NCBI GenBank assembly: GCA_048430825.1
Contig: DBFOLV010000053.1
Span: 1,403 to 65,402 of the forward strand
Source: Collinsella sp.
GTDB taxonomy: Bacteria; Actinomycetota; Coriobacteriia; Coriobacteriales; Coriobacteriaceae
DNA: 64,000 nt
Direction: 5' to 3'
Shown: in pieces, positions 45,415-56,387 of the stretch
Position numbering within the stretch: the first letter of the stretch is position 1
Layout of the letters: each line of letters begins with the position of its first letter
The notes under the pieces: generated by a model
Told to the model about the DNA's origin: nothing
The model's input: the letters and a program-made list of their open reading frames with translations, nothing else
The model's database searches: none
Translations under genes and position numbers: made by a program

Positions 45415-45501
45415 ATACATGCTCCTTATACAAAAATGGCCGACTCATTGAGCCGGCCATTGTGGTTCCATTTGGAACGGCATCGCATCCAGAGTATACC
45501 G

Positions 45502-45681
45502 TTACTCGGTAACGATAACCTCGCGGTCCTTGTAGAAACCGCAGCTGGGGCACACGTGGTGCGGAAGCTTGACAGCGCCGCAACGGGGGCACGTGGACTG
45601 AGCCGCAGCCGAGATCTTCATGTTGGCGGAACGACGGGTGTGAGTGCGGATACGACCCTGCTTTTGTTTAGGTACGGGCAT
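45502..45681 (-). CDS. rpmF: 50S ribosomal protein L32 (zinc-ribbon type)
   Basis: Not in the ORF track (59 aa): MPVPKQKQGRIRTHTRRSANMKISAAAQSTCPRCGAVKLPHHVCPSCGFYKDREVIVTE. Confidence 0.96.
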   Translation of the reverse strand: MPVPKQKQGRIRTHTRRSANMKISAAAQSTCPRCGAVKLPHHVCPSCGFYKDREVIVTE

Positions 45682-45745
45682 AGTGACCTTCCTTATGAAC
45701 TATCCAGTGTGGCGATTACGCGCAAGTAGCGATACTACCACAGTT

Positions 45746-46300
45746 TTACTCATCAAGCTTGAGATTCTTCAATGCTGCAAATGGATTTTCCGTGGCAGCG
45801 GCCCATTCTGCCTCTGCCTGGGCGGCGCAATCGCATTGCTCGACGTTGAGATTGCAACCGCATGTGGGGCACAGACCGCGGCAATCGGGCTTGCAGAGCA
45901 CCACAAACGGCGTGTCCATGACGACCGCGTCGTTGATGGGCTCACCCAGATCGACGATGCGGTCCTCACACAGGAGCTCGTAGCCGTCCTCGTAGGCCTC
46001 GGGATCCTCGGGCTCCTCAAAGAGGTAGAACTCCTCGATCTCGCCGGCGATATCAAACGAGGCGGGCTCCAGGCAACGGTCGCACTCGCCGGTGGCGTGC
46101 GCGCGGACCATGCCCGTGAGCAAGACACCGGTACCGGCATTGGTAAAGACAACGTCGTAGTCGATGCCGTCCTGAAGCTGGTACTCCTTCTCGCCCACCG
46201 TGTAGGTGGCGACATCGACCTTACCGGTCAGCGGATACGAATCTCCAGGAAACTCGAGCTGCTCGGAAAGATCGACGGTAACGCTCGGAAACTCAGCCAT
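45746..46300 (-). CDS. YceD/DUF177 family protein
   Basis: CDRCL, LCKPDCRGLCPTCG.NLN and NPFAALKNL; upstream of rpmF. Confidence 0.93.
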   Translation of the reverse strand: MAEFPSVTVDLSEQLEFPGDSYPLTGKVDVATYTVGEKEYQLQDGIDYDVVFTNAGTGVLLTGMVRAHATGECDRCLEPASFDIAGEIEEFYLFEEPEDPEAYEDGYELLCEDRIVDLGEPINDAVVMDTPFVVLCKPDCRGLCPTCGCNLNVEQCDCAAQAEAEWAAATENPFAALKNLKLDE

Positions 46301-46797
46301 TACCACTGACCATTCTGTTGGGCGGCACCCTCGTTGAGCTGCTGACGGCAACGGGTAACGGTGCCAGTCAGGCTCTTGAGGTTCTCCTCCAGGTGCGTAA
46401 AGACCTGCTCCGCGTAGTCCTCGGCAGCATAACGCGTCTCGCGCTCGTACTGCTGGGCACGATCGCGGATGTCGTCGGCCTGCTGCTGCGCAAGGCGGAC
46501 GATCTCCTGCTCACCGGCAATGGTGAGGGCCTGCTGCTGAGCGTCGGCGATGATGGAATCAGCCTGAGCGGCGGCGGAAGCCATAAGCTCCTCGCGCTCC
46601 TTAAGGATACGGCGGGACTTCTGCCACTCCTCGGGATAGCTCATGCGGATCTCGTCGAGGATATTGAAGAACACGTCGGCGTCGATGACCTTGAACTGAG
46701 CGTTCTTGCCGAAAGGCGGCTTGGCTTCCTCGATCAGCCCTTCGAGCTCATCGACCAAGCTGACGATCCTATCGCCAGGAAAATTCTCGCCCGGCAT
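46300..46797 (-). CDS. Coiled-coil protein, SepIVA/DivIVA-like
   Basis: Ala/Glu/Gln-rich coiled coil in the coaD-X-yceD-rpmF position; AAAGGAG SD. Confidence 0.72.
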   Translation of the reverse strand: MPGENFPGDRIVSLVDELEGLIEEAKPPFGKNAQFKVIDADVFFNILDEIRMSYPEEWQKSRRILKEREELMASAAAQADSIIADAQQQALTIAGEQEIVRLAQQQADDIRDRAQQYERETRYAAEDYAEQVFTHLEENLKSLTGTVTRCRQQLNEGAAQQNGQW

Positions 46798-46865
46798 CCG
46801 GTCTCCTTTCATAGGTAACATATCATCGTGCTAGTTTACCACATGCCACCAGGCAATAAAAAACG

Positions 46866-47363
46866 TCACGAAAAGCGATGTCTGAGCGCTTCGACCACGT
46901 TGGGCGGCACAAACGTCGATACATCGCTGCCGAGCGAGGCGATCTGGCGAACGACCGAGCTCGAGATGTAACCGTACTGCGGAGCACTCATGACAAAGAT
47001 GGACTCCAGCTCGCTATCCAAGCGATAATTGAGGTCGGCCTGCTGCAGCTCATACTCAAAGTCGGTCATGGCGCGCAGGCCCTTGACCACGGCCCCCGCC
47101 CCCTGCTCACGAGCGAAGTCGACCAAGAGGCCGGTAAAGGGCAGGACTTCGACGCCGTCGATATTACCGAGCGCCTCGCGGGCCAGCGCCACGCGCTCAT
47201 CGAGCATAAACGTGGTGCCCACACCGTTTTTACCCTGCGACTCTGCAACAGCGACGATCACACTGGGAAAGATGCGGCGGGCGCGGCGGATCACATCGAT
47301 ATGGCCAAACGTGATGGGATCGAAGGTGCCCGGGACGATCACGCGGTTGATGGTGTCATTCAT
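46866..47363 (-). CDS. coaD: Phosphopantetheine adenylyltransferase
   Basis: PGTFDPITFGHIDVI, KGLRAMTDFEYE, ISSS. Confidence 0.96.
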   Translation of the reverse strand: MNDTINRVIVPGTFDPITFGHIDVIRRARRIFPSVIVAVAESQGKNGVGTTFMLDERVALAREALGNIDGVEVLPFTGLLVDFAREQGAGAVVKGLRAMTDFEYELQQADLNYRLDSELESIFVMSAPQYGYISSSVVRQIASLGSDVSTFVPPNVVEALRHRFS

Positions 47364-48012
47364 GGGCGTCCTCCTGAAACGTCGTGGCATCGTTGTTATC
47401 GGCATCGGTGACGGCACTATCGTCCTCACCGTCGTCATCGCCGACCCAACGAAGCAGGTCGACCGAGGTAATGCCGTAGCGCTTCTCACGTACAGTCTCA
47501 AAGCCTGCCGGATGCGCGCCCGCATCGGCGGAGGCATGCTCAAACAGGGCATAAGCGCCAGGCGCAAGCAGACCCTGCTGAGCCAGGTTCTGCAGCATTT
47601 CCTCGACCGGCTCGGCACCAAAAGCATAGGGCGGGTCGAGCAGGACCAAATCAAAGGGGCCGCCCGGTACACGACCGCGCGAGGCACTTGCCAGCATGTC
47701 GCCCGTGACCACACGCCAACGCGCACGGTCACGGCAGAGCGACTCGATATTCTTGGTAATGAGCCGCGCGGCGTTGCGATCGATCTCAAACGTCGTGAGC
47801 GAGCGGGCCCCACGAGAGAGCATCTCTAACCCTAAGGCACCGGAGCCGCCAAAGGCGTCCAGCACACGAACCTCGTCCAAATCGAAATCGAATGCCGACA
47901 TGACCATAGATGCGCACGCCTCGCGCACGCGATCAGTCGTGGGGCGGGTGACATCGCGACCACGGGGCTCCTCGATCTTACGACCGCGCCATTCGCCGCC
48001 GATGATTCTCAT
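47356..48012 (-). CDS. rsmD: 16S rRNA m2G966 methyltransferase
   Basis: MRIIGG..RGR, RPTTDRVRE, GSGALGLEMLSRGA, LDPPY. Confidence 0.94.
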   Translation of the reverse strand: MRIIGGEWRGRKIEEPRGRDVTRPTTDRVREACASMVMSAFDFDLDEVRVLDAFGGSGALGLEMLSRGARSLTTFEIDRNAARLITKNIESLCRDRARWRVVTGDMLASASRGRVPGGPFDLVLLDPPYAFGAEPVEEMLQNLAQQGLLAPGAYALFEHASADAGAHPAGFETVREKRYGITSVDLLRWVGDDDGEDDSAVTDADNNDATTFQEDAHE

Positions 48013-50186
48013 CCTCCGCTGACCTCCTTAAAGATATGTCGATAACGCATGGCGACCGCCTCGCGCAAGGGACGCGTCGCCACAGAGTCAAGGTTGCAAG
48101 CATACCGCAAGAGCTCGACCGCGTCCAAATGGGCCCATTCGATAAGGTCCTCATCGGCATCCAGGTCCACAAAGCGCAAGGTCACGCCACCGTGCTGACG
48201 GTACCCCAGGATTTCGCCCTCGTGACGCAGACGCAGGTCCATCTGGGCAAGCGTAAAACCATCCGAGGTCTTTTCGAGCGACTGGAGACGGTCTTGTGCC
48301 GCCGAGGCGCCGCCATTGCCCTTGGAGTGCGTCATGACCAGGCACGTGCCCGACACGCTGCCGCGGCCCACGCGACCGCGTAGCTGATGCAGCGCCGCCA
48401 AGCCAAACCGCTCACCGTTCTCGATGACCATGACGGTGGCGTTGGGCACGTCGACGCCCACCTCGACCACCGTAGTCGAGACGAGCACGTCAATCTCGCC
48501 ACGCTTGAAGGCGTCGATCACGCGATCCTTCTCCCCCGCTGGCATACGGCCGTGAAGGCGCTCGATGGCAAGACCCGGCAACGCCAGACGCAGGCGATCG
48601 AGCTCGGTCGCCGTATCGTGCAGCGGCACAGGCACGGTCACGCGGCCCTCGTCGTCGCGGGCGATACCGGGCACGTCTTCAAGCTCATCGGCCGAGTCAC
48701 TCGGCTCCACGAGCGGGCAAATCACGTAGGCCTGCTGACCCTTGTCATGCGCCTCGCGGATGGCTCCATAGGCGAGGTCACGGCTCGACTCGGTGAGAAC
48801 ACACGTCGTCACACCGGCACCCGGAACAGGCCGGTGGCGGATGATGCTCGTATCCAGATCGCCGTAGACCGAAAGCGCCAGCGTACGCGGGATGGGCGTT
48901 GCCGTCATAACGAGCAGATCGGCACCGGGGCCCTTCGCGCGCAGGGCGTTGCGTTGGCCGACGCCAAACCGGTGCTGCTCATCGATGACCACGAGCGACA
49001 GATGCTTGAACGTAACGTCATCCGAAAGGACCGCGTGGGTGCCAAAGAGCACATCAAGCTCGCCCGATTCCAGCTGGGCATGGATCTGCTCGCGCTCTGA
49101 GGCCGGCGTGGCACCCGTCAGAAGCGCCCAGGACATGCCGGCCTGCGAGAGCAGAGGGCCGGTCTTATCGGCATATTGGCGCGCCAGAACGCCCGTGGGC
49201 GCCATAACGCAGGCCTGCGTACCGCTATCGGCAGCCACAGCCAGCGCGCAAGCGGCAACGGCGGTCTTACCGGTACCGACATCGCCCAGCAGCAGGCGGT
49301 TCATCACGCGCCCGCCATCGCACATGTCGTGCAGAATGTCTTGGAATGCGGCCTCCTGCTCGTCGCTCAGCGAAAACGGAAGGGCCTGTTTAAGTGCGCC
49401 CAGATGCTCGCCCGCGGTGTGGGCATAGGGCACCACATCGACCAGGCCACCGTCGTTGCGCAGACGCAGCGCCAGCTGCAGGTAGAGGCACTCCTCGTAG
49501 GCAAGACGCCGGCGTGCGATGTCGCGCTCAGCCATGCTCGAGGGAAAGTGGATCGAACGCAACGCGCGGGCATTGCTCATGAGCTTCCGCTTTGCGCGCA
49601 GCGGCGCGGGAATCGGATCGAACGGATTGCCGACGACCTCGAGCGCGCCGCTTACGATGCGGCGCATCCACGCCTGGCTCACGCCATCGCTCACGTAATG
49701 GACCGGCAGAATGGTGCCTGCGGCGCGCCCGTCCTCGAGCTTTTCAAAGTGGGGCGAGGCCATCTGCTTAAAACCGTAGGCAAACTCGACCTTGCCCATC
49801 ACGGCCAGGCGGTCGCCCTGCTTAAGCTGCTGGGCAATCCAGGGCTGGCGGAAAAAGGCGACCTGCAGCACGCCCGCCTCGTCAACAAGTGAGACCTCAG
49901 TCACCTGCATGCGCGGACGCGGCTGCTTTTGGACGATACGGTCGACCGTGGCGATGATGGTGCACACGGTACCGATGGGCGCCATCTCGATGGACCACGA
50001 ACGGGTAAAGTCGAGGTATCGATGAGGAATATGGAGAAGGAGGTCCCCCACCGTCCGAATTCCCAGACGGCGAAGGGCCTCCTCACGTTTACCCGAAACA
50101 TATTTGAGTCGCGCGATATCCTCGTCGAGCGCATTGCTCTGGGCAAAGCGCTCCGAGACGCGCGGCACGGAGCACAGCTCGGACAT
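48009..50186 (-). CDS. recG: ATP-dependent DNA helicase RecG
   Basis: GDVGTGKT, IDEQHRFGV, MTATPIPRTL, LHQLRGRVGRG. Confidence 0.97.
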   Translation of the reverse strand: MSELCSVPRVSERFAQSNALDEDIARLKYVSGKREEALRRLGIRTVGDLLLHIPHRYLDFTRSWSIEMAPIGTVCTIIATVDRIVQKQPRPRMQVTEVSLVDEAGVLQVAFFRQPWIAQQLKQGDRLAVMGKVEFAYGFKQMASPHFEKLEDGRAAGTILPVHYVSDGVSQAWMRRIVSGALEVVGNPFDPIPAPLRAKRKLMSNARALRSIHFPSSMAERDIARRRLAYEECLYLQLALRLRNDGGLVDVVPYAHTAGEHLGALKQALPFSLSDEQEAAFQDILHDMCDGGRVMNRLLLGDVGTGKTAVAACALAVAADSGTQACVMAPTGVLARQYADKTGPLLSQAGMSWALLTGATPASEREQIHAQLESGELDVLFGTHAVLSDDVTFKHLSLVVIDEQHRFGVGQRNALRAKGPGADLLVMTATPIPRTLALSVYGDLDTSIIRHRPVPGAGVTTCVLTESSRDLAYGAIREAHDKGQQAYVICPLVEPSDSADELEDVPGIARDDEGRVTVPVPLHDTATELDRLRLALPGLAIERLHGRMPAGEKDRVIDAFKRGEIDVLVSTTVVEVGVDVPNATVMVIENGERFGLAALHQLRGRVGRGSVSGTCLVMTHSKGNGGASAAQDRLQSLEKTSDGFTLAQMDLRLRHEGEILGYRQHGGVTLRFVDLDADEDLIEWAHLDAVELLRYACNLDSVATRPLREAVAMRYRHIFKEVSGG

Positions 50187-50196
50187 AGGCAGTTGC

Positions 50197-51858
50197 CTAC
50201 TCGATCGAGAAGATCACGGGATAGAGCGGCTGCTCGCCACGATGGGCGTCGATCTCCAAGTCGGGCTGAGCCTCCTCGATAGCGTCGACGATCTCCTGGA
50301 AGACCTCATCGGACAGCTCCTCGCCGGCCAGAATCGTCAGCGCGTCACCCTCCTCTTCCTCCTGCATGCGGTTGATGCAATCGAGCGTGACCTGCTTCAC
50401 GTCGGAGCCGACCACGTCGATGGAGCCGGCGATGATACCCATGACGTCACCGGAGTGAATCGGAGAGCCGTCAGAGGCGCTGGAATCGCGCACGGCGCGG
50501 GTGACCTCGCCATCGCGGACCTCGCTGATGGCGTCGACCATGGCGGCGACGGCGTCCTCGAGCTCGGAATCGGGCAGGACCGCGAACAGCGCGGAGAACG
50601 CCTGCGGAACGGTCTTGGTGGGAACGACGGCGACCTTCTTGTCGGTGCAGGCAGAGGCTGCGGCCTCGGCAGCCATGCGGATGTTGCCGTTATTGGGCAG
50701 GATGATGACCGAGGTCGCGTTGACCTGGTCAACGGCGCCCAGCAGGTCTGCAGTCGAGGGGTTCATGGTCTGGCCACCCGACACGATCACGTCGACGCCG
50801 AGAGACTTGAGGATGTCGGCCTCGCCGGAACCGGCGGCAACGGCGACAAAGCCCAGGGCCTTGGCGGGCTCGGCGGCCTTCTCCTGGTCCTCGTGAATCT
50901 TGGCGGTACGGTCGTGGGCCTCCATCTCCATGTTGTGGATAAAGACCTCATAGATCTGACCGAGCTGCAGCATGTGCTCGAGCACCAGGTTGGGGGTGTT
51001 GGAGTGCACATGGATCTTGTAGTCGGGATAGGCGCCCACGAGCAGCTCACAGTCGCCCATGGAGCCTAGGAACTTAAGGCACTCGTCCTCGTCAAACGGG
51101 GCATCGGCCTTAAAGAGGAACTCGTTGCAGTAGCGGAACTCCGAGCCCTCCCAGTCGTCGTTAGCCTCGATCTCAACACGGCCAAGAGCGGCATCGCGGG
51201 CAGAGCCGGCGGAGTCAAACGTAGCGGAGAAATCCTCGACCACGGTGCTGCGACCAAGAGCGGCAGCCACAAAGTTCTCGAGGAAGATGGCAAAGCCAAA
51301 GGCGCCGGAGTCGACCACGCCGTTCTCCTTCAGAACGGGCAACAGGTCGGGTGTGCGGGCGACGGACTGGTACGCCTCGACGACGATAGCATCGAGCGCA
51401 TCCTCGGCCGAGAACTTCTTCTTCTCGCACTCATCGGCCTTGGTCGAAACATCGCGCAGGACCGTGAGGATCGTGCCCTCGATGGGCTTGCGGACAGCCT
51501 GGAAGGCGACCTTGACGGCACGACGGAAGGCGAAGGCAATGTTGGCGGACGTAATAGGCTCGTCGGCAGAGACAAGGCCCTCGGCCACGCCGCGAAGAAT
51601 CTGCGAGGTGATGACTCCGGAGTTACCGCGGGCACCCATCAGGGAGCCGTGGGTGATGGCACCGGCGATGGCCTCCATATCGGCATCGGCGGGAAGGGCA
51701 GAGAGCTCCTTGGTCACCGAGGCGAGCGTGAGCGACATGTTGGTGCCGGTATCGCCATCGGGTACGGGGAAGACGTTGAGCTTGTTGATCTCCTCGGCCT
51801 TGTCGGAAACGGCAGCCGCAGCGATCGGAAAACAGGTGCGAATGGTCTTTGCAATCAT
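50197..51858 (-). CDS. DAK2-domain fatty acid kinase subunit (FakA/YloV-like)
   Basis: LNVFPVPDGDTGTNM, GARGNSGVI, EGTILTV, GGQTMNPS, GEQPLY. Confidence 0.93.
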   Translation of the reverse strand: MIAKTIRTCFPIAAAAVSDKAEEINKLNVFPVPDGDTGTNMSLTLASVTKELSALPADADMEAIAGAITHGSLMGARGNSGVITSQILRGVAEGLVSADEPITSANIAFAFRRAVKVAFQAVRKPIEGTILTVLRDVSTKADECEKKKFSAEDALDAIVVEAYQSVARTPDLLPVLKENGVVDSGAFGFAIFLENFVAAALGRSTVVEDFSATFDSAGSARDAALGRVEIEANDDWEGSEFRYCNEFLFKADAPFDEDECLKFLGSMGDCELLVGAYPDYKIHVHSNTPNLVLEHMLQLGQIYEVFIHNMEMEAHDRTAKIHEDQEKAAEPAKALGFVAVAAGSGEADILKSLGVDVIVSGGQTMNPSTADLLGAVDQVNATSVIILPNNGNIRMAAEAAASACTDKKVAVVPTKTVPQAFSALFAVLPDSELEDAVAAMVDAISEVRDGEVTRAVRDSSASDGSPIHSGDVMGIIAGSIDVVGSDVKQVTLDCINRMQEEEEGDALTILAGEELSDEVFQEIVDAIEEAQPDLEIDAHRGEQPLYPVIFSIE

Positions 51859-51885
51859 GGGTATTTGAATCTCCGTTTTCGGATG

Positions 51886-52242
51886 CTAGTTCAGACGGCT
51901 CTTGAGCGCGTCGATATGGATGCCGATCTTAAGGCTGGCGGGATCGATCTGGGCGATCTCCTGCAGAGTGAAGGCAACGGAGCTCGAAAGATTGTGGCAG
52001 ACGGACTTCATGTTGACGCCGTTCTCGAGCACGACGTGAAGATCGACCGTAAGGCCGTTCTCGTCGGCGGAGACAAGCACGCCCTTGCGGAGGCGCTGAC
52101 CGGCAAGCAGGCGCACGCTCTCGGCGCCCTGGAGCTGCTCAGCCATACCGACGACGCCATAGCACGTCATCGCGGCATAACCGGCAATATCGGCAATAAC
52201 GTCGTTCGAGACGCTCAGGCTGCCGTTAATGGTCTCAGACAC
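51886..52242 (-). CDS. Asp23/Gls24 family protein (YloU-like)
   Basis: VIADIAGYAAMTCYGVVGM; GTG start after AAGGAG; upstream of the DAK2 gene. Confidence 0.9.
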   Translation of the reverse strand: MSETINGSLSVSNDVIADIAGYAAMTCYGVVGMAEQLQGAESVRLLAGQRLRKGVLVSADENGLTVDLHVVLENGVNMKSVCHNLSSSVAFTLQEIAQIDPASLKIGIHIDALKSRLN

Positions 52243-52400
52243 AAGAATCTCCTTATCTGGTGCTCGCGGCACCATGTCGTGGGAGCAATCATTGCAATAT
52301 TCTACAACGACCGCGCCATGTTGAGGTGGTGGGTCGCGGGATTACATCCTCGACACGAAATGTTGATATGGCAACGTTCGCGCCAGGCGATCGCGGCATG

Positions 52401-52430
52401 AAAAAACCCGCCGCATAAGCGACGGGTTTT
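52401..52430 (-). terminator. Terminator of the tRNA-Asn pair
   Basis: AAAACCCG / CGGGTTTT stem ending in a T6 run on the minus strand. Confidence 0.8.
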
Positions 52431-52436
52431 ACAACC

Positions 52437-52511
52437 TGGCTCCCCGGGTAGGACTCGAACCTACAACAGCGCGGTTAACAGCCGCGTGCTCTACCATTGA
52501 GCTACCGAGGA
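52437..52511 (-). tRNA. tRNA-Asn(GTT)
   Basis: 75-nt cloverleaf TCCTCGG...CTGTTAA...GTTCGAGTC...CCGGGGAGCCA. Confidence 0.97.
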
Positions 52512-52545
52512 ATTTAAAAGCCCAACGGAAAGGGCTGGAAAATTC

Positions 52546-52620
52546 TGGCTCCCCGGGTAGGACTCGAACCTACAACAGCGCGGTTAACAGCCGCGTGCTC
52601 TACCATTGAGCTACCGAGGA
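52546..52620 (-). tRNA. tRNA-Asn(GTT), identical second copy
   Basis: Same 75-nt sequence with encoded CCA. Confidence 0.97.
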
Positions 52621-52650
52621 ATAGGTGCGTGCTCTCAAGCAACGAAATTT

Positions 52651-52678
52651 ATTATACGGACGAATCAGCTTAGGGCAA
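52651..52678 (-). promoter_or_regulatory. Housekeeping-sigma promoter of the tRNA pair
   Basis: TTGCCC-N16-TATAAT with an AT-rich UP-like tract upstream. Confidence 0.7.
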
Positions 52679-52705
52679 GAACTTTTTTAAGAAATTTTCC
52701 GACCC

Positions 52706-52759
52706 AGTCATTGGGGACGTTCTTAAACGACTAGTCATTCAAGAACGTCCCCAACGACT
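52706..52759. repeat. 54-bp near-perfect palindrome, GGGGACGT family
   Basis: AGTCATTGGGGACGTTCTT-aaacgactagtcattc-AAGAACGTCCCCAACGACT. Confidence 0.8.
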
Positions 52760-52765
52760 ACATGA

Positions 52766-52799
52766 AAGCGCCCCCAAGCAGATGTGCTTGAGGGCGCTT
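52766..52799 (-). terminator. Probable terminator hairpin after rpoD
   Basis: AAGCGCCCCCAAGCA / TGCTTGAGGGCGCTT inverted repeat. Confidence 0.6.
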
Positions 52800-52812
52800 C
52801 TTGCTTGCGAGG

Positions 52813-54168
<1,356 letters not shown>

Positions 54169-54278
54169 AGATTCTCCCTTCATAGTCCACAGGACTCAAT
54201 ACTTTAGCACACACATTGACGTCTATACCCAAAAAGAAGACTGGATATAGGCGAGAATACGCTGGTTGACCACAACAT

Positions 54279-56387
54279 CTAGGCTTGTTCGGTGCCCGCG
54301 GCCTCCAGGCCGATCAAACGGAACGGGTCCGCCACGCCGCCGATCGACTTTTGCAGTTCGCGTTGACGTTGCGAATCCTGCGCGGCCTGCACGGTCAGCG
54401 CGCGACGGGCCTCATCATCGAGTGAACGGTCCTGGCGCAGCTTGGCCTGTGCGGCACGCATGCGACGCTTGATGGTGTAGAGCTCAAGCGTATCAAGCAT
54501 AAACACGATGTTCGTCTCGGTGGGGTGCTTGCTCGTCGCGGAGATGCGCCCGGCACTCACAAGCGTTGCCGCATCGGGACACACTGAGCGCGCCGCATCC
54601 ATGCAGGCTGCAGGATCGGTTCCCGGCGGCGTTGCCAGAACGGCCCATGCAATGGACTCGTGACGCGGGTCAACCCACTCGATGGAGCAGATGCGGTCGG
54701 CATACGTGCGGAACAGGTCGGGGTAGCTCGTGAGCATCGTCAACAGCTCGCGCTCCCCTGCCAAGGACTTGCGTTCAAGATCGGTAAGAACCATCGGCGC
54801 CGCCGCAGCCGGTGCGCCCGAACCGTCAGCCACAGGCACAGCGCCCATACCATCAGGAACATCGATCGGCGGCAGGTCGTCGACGACCTCCACGGGCGCG
54901 GCGCCGTAGGCATCGAGCGGGACGTAGTCGTACGGCTCTTCTTCGACCGGCGCGGACACCGGCGGCGTCGCGCCCGATGCCCAAGCACCGCGACCGGCAT
55001 CGCGAGAACCCGACGCCCGACCGCCCGCGCTACCGGACCGCTCAGTCTGTGCCCGCTGGCGCTCATAGTTCTGCTCACGACGTCGTTCCGCATCCTCGCG
55101 CTTGGCGACATCGCGAAACACACGACCCGAGCTCGCGCGCACCGTCTCCAGATCCAAACCCAGCAGATCGGCAATCTGGATAAAGTACGTGTCGATCATA
55201 TAGCTGTTGCGCAACGGATAGATAAGCGTCAGCGCATCTTCCAGCGCCTTAGCGCGACCGCCCGGCGTGGTGATGTCACTCGACTCCCGCAGCGAACGGT
55301 AAACAAAGTCCATAAGCGGCTCGGCAGCGTCGATGCGCGTCTGCAGTGCCTCGCCACCATGTGCGGTGATGAACTCCATGGGGTCGTTGCCGTCGGGGAG
55401 CACCACGCAGCGCAGGTCCATGGAATCCTGCTCGATAAACTGAATCGCGCGACGGGCGGCCTTCTGGCCCGCTGCATCGCCGTCGAACATATACACGATG
55501 CGCTTGGCAAAGCGAGTGAGCGTCTTGACGTGATGCTCCGTGAGGGCGGTGCCCAGCGTGGCGACAACGTTTTTAATCCCCGCCTCCCAGCAGGCGATGC
55601 AATCGGTATAGCCCTCTACCACGATGGCGGTATCCTGCGCGACGATAAACTCCTTGGCCCAATTAAAGCCGTAGAGGTTTCGCTTTTTATGAAACACGCT
55701 CGTCTCGGCGGTGTTGAGATACTTAGGCTGGCCGTCGCCCATAATGCGACCGCCAAAGGCAATGTTGTGACCCTGCTCGTCAAAGATGGGGAACATTACG
55801 CGGTCGTAGAAGCGGTCGGCAAGCTGCCCGCGCCCGCGGCTCACGGCAACGTTGGCGTCGATCATCTCCTGCGGGGTAAAACCCGCCTGGGACAGGTGCG
55901 ACACCAGCGCGTTACGGCCCGGTGCAAAGCCCAGGCAGTAGCGGCGGCAGACGTCGCCACCCATACCGCGGCTGGCAAAGTACTCGCGCGGACGGCCGTC
56001 CTTACCGCGCATAAGCATGGTGTGGTAGAACTGGGCGGTCTCGGCGCACAGATCGTAGATGCGGGCACGCTTGGTACCGCGCTCGCGGCGATCTCCGGTA
56101 TCGTGCAGCTCAATACCCGCGCGATCGGCTAAATAACGGATTGACTCGGGAAAGCTCAGGTTCTCGCGCTTCATGATATAGGTGAAGACATCGCCACCCT
56201 CACCGCAGCCAAAGCAATGCCACACCTGCGTGGCGGGGATAATGTGAAAAGACGGCGTCTTTTCGCCATGAAAGGGGCAGCAGCCCCAAAACTCATGGCC
56301 GCGGGGCTTGAGCTCAACCGTTTCCTGCACGATGGCGACTAGGTCGGACGCAGCGCGTACCTGGTCTTTTTCCTCATCGCTAATCAC
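54279..56387 (-). CDS. dnaG: DNA primase
   Basis: CPFHGEKTPSF..CFGC zinc finger, KYLNT, VVEGYTD, FDGDAAG, NDP. Confidence 0.96.
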   Translation of the reverse strand: MISDEEKDQVRAASDLVAIVQETVELKPRGHEFWGCCPFHGEKTPSFHIIPATQVWHCFGCGEGGDVFTYIMKRENLSFPESIRYLADRAGIELHDTGDRRERGTKRARIYDLCAETAQFYHTMLMRGKDGRPREYFASRGMGGDVCRRYCLGFAPGRNALVSHLSQAGFTPQEMIDANVAVSRGRGQLADRFYDRVMFPIFDEQGHNIAFGGRIMGDGQPKYLNTAETSVFHKKRNLYGFNWAKEFIVAQDTAIVVEGYTDCIACWEAGIKNVVATLGTALTEHHVKTLTRFAKRIVYMFDGDAAGQKAARRAIQFIEQDSMDLRCVVLPDGNDPMEFITAHGGEALQTRIDAAEPLMDFVYRSLRESSDITTPGGRAKALEDALTLIYPLRNSYMIDTYFIQIADLLGLDLETVRASSGRVFRDVAKREDAERRREQNYERQRAQTERSGSAGGRASGSRDAGRGAWASGATPPVSAPVEEEPYDYVPLDAYGAAPVEVVDDLPPIDVPDGMGAVPVADGSGAPAAAAPMVLTDLERKSLAGERELLTMLTSYPDLFRTYADRICSIEWVDPRHESIAWAVLATPPGTDPAACMDAARSVCPDAATLVSAGRISATSKHPTETNIVFMLDTLELYTIKRRMRAAQAKLRQDRSLDDEARRALTVQAAQDSQRQRELQKSIGGVADPFRLIGLEAAGTEQA

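Noticed and set aside
45407..45592. 61-aa minus-strand ORF
   Set aside because: Alternate frame of rpmF (45502-45681).
46866..47813. Long N-terminal extensions in the ORF track (coaD, thyA, yqeG, alaS, ileS, acpP)
   Set aside because: Downstream starts with clear SD sequences match the family N-termini; the extensions overlap upstream genes or leaders.
52401..52800. Integrative element or att site at the tRNA-Asn pair
   Set aside because: Both tRNA copies are complete; no integrase, partial tRNA duplication or foreign-composition cargo.
54220..54250. GGGTAT upstream of rpoD as a SigB promoter
   Set aside because: No matching -35 GTTT element.
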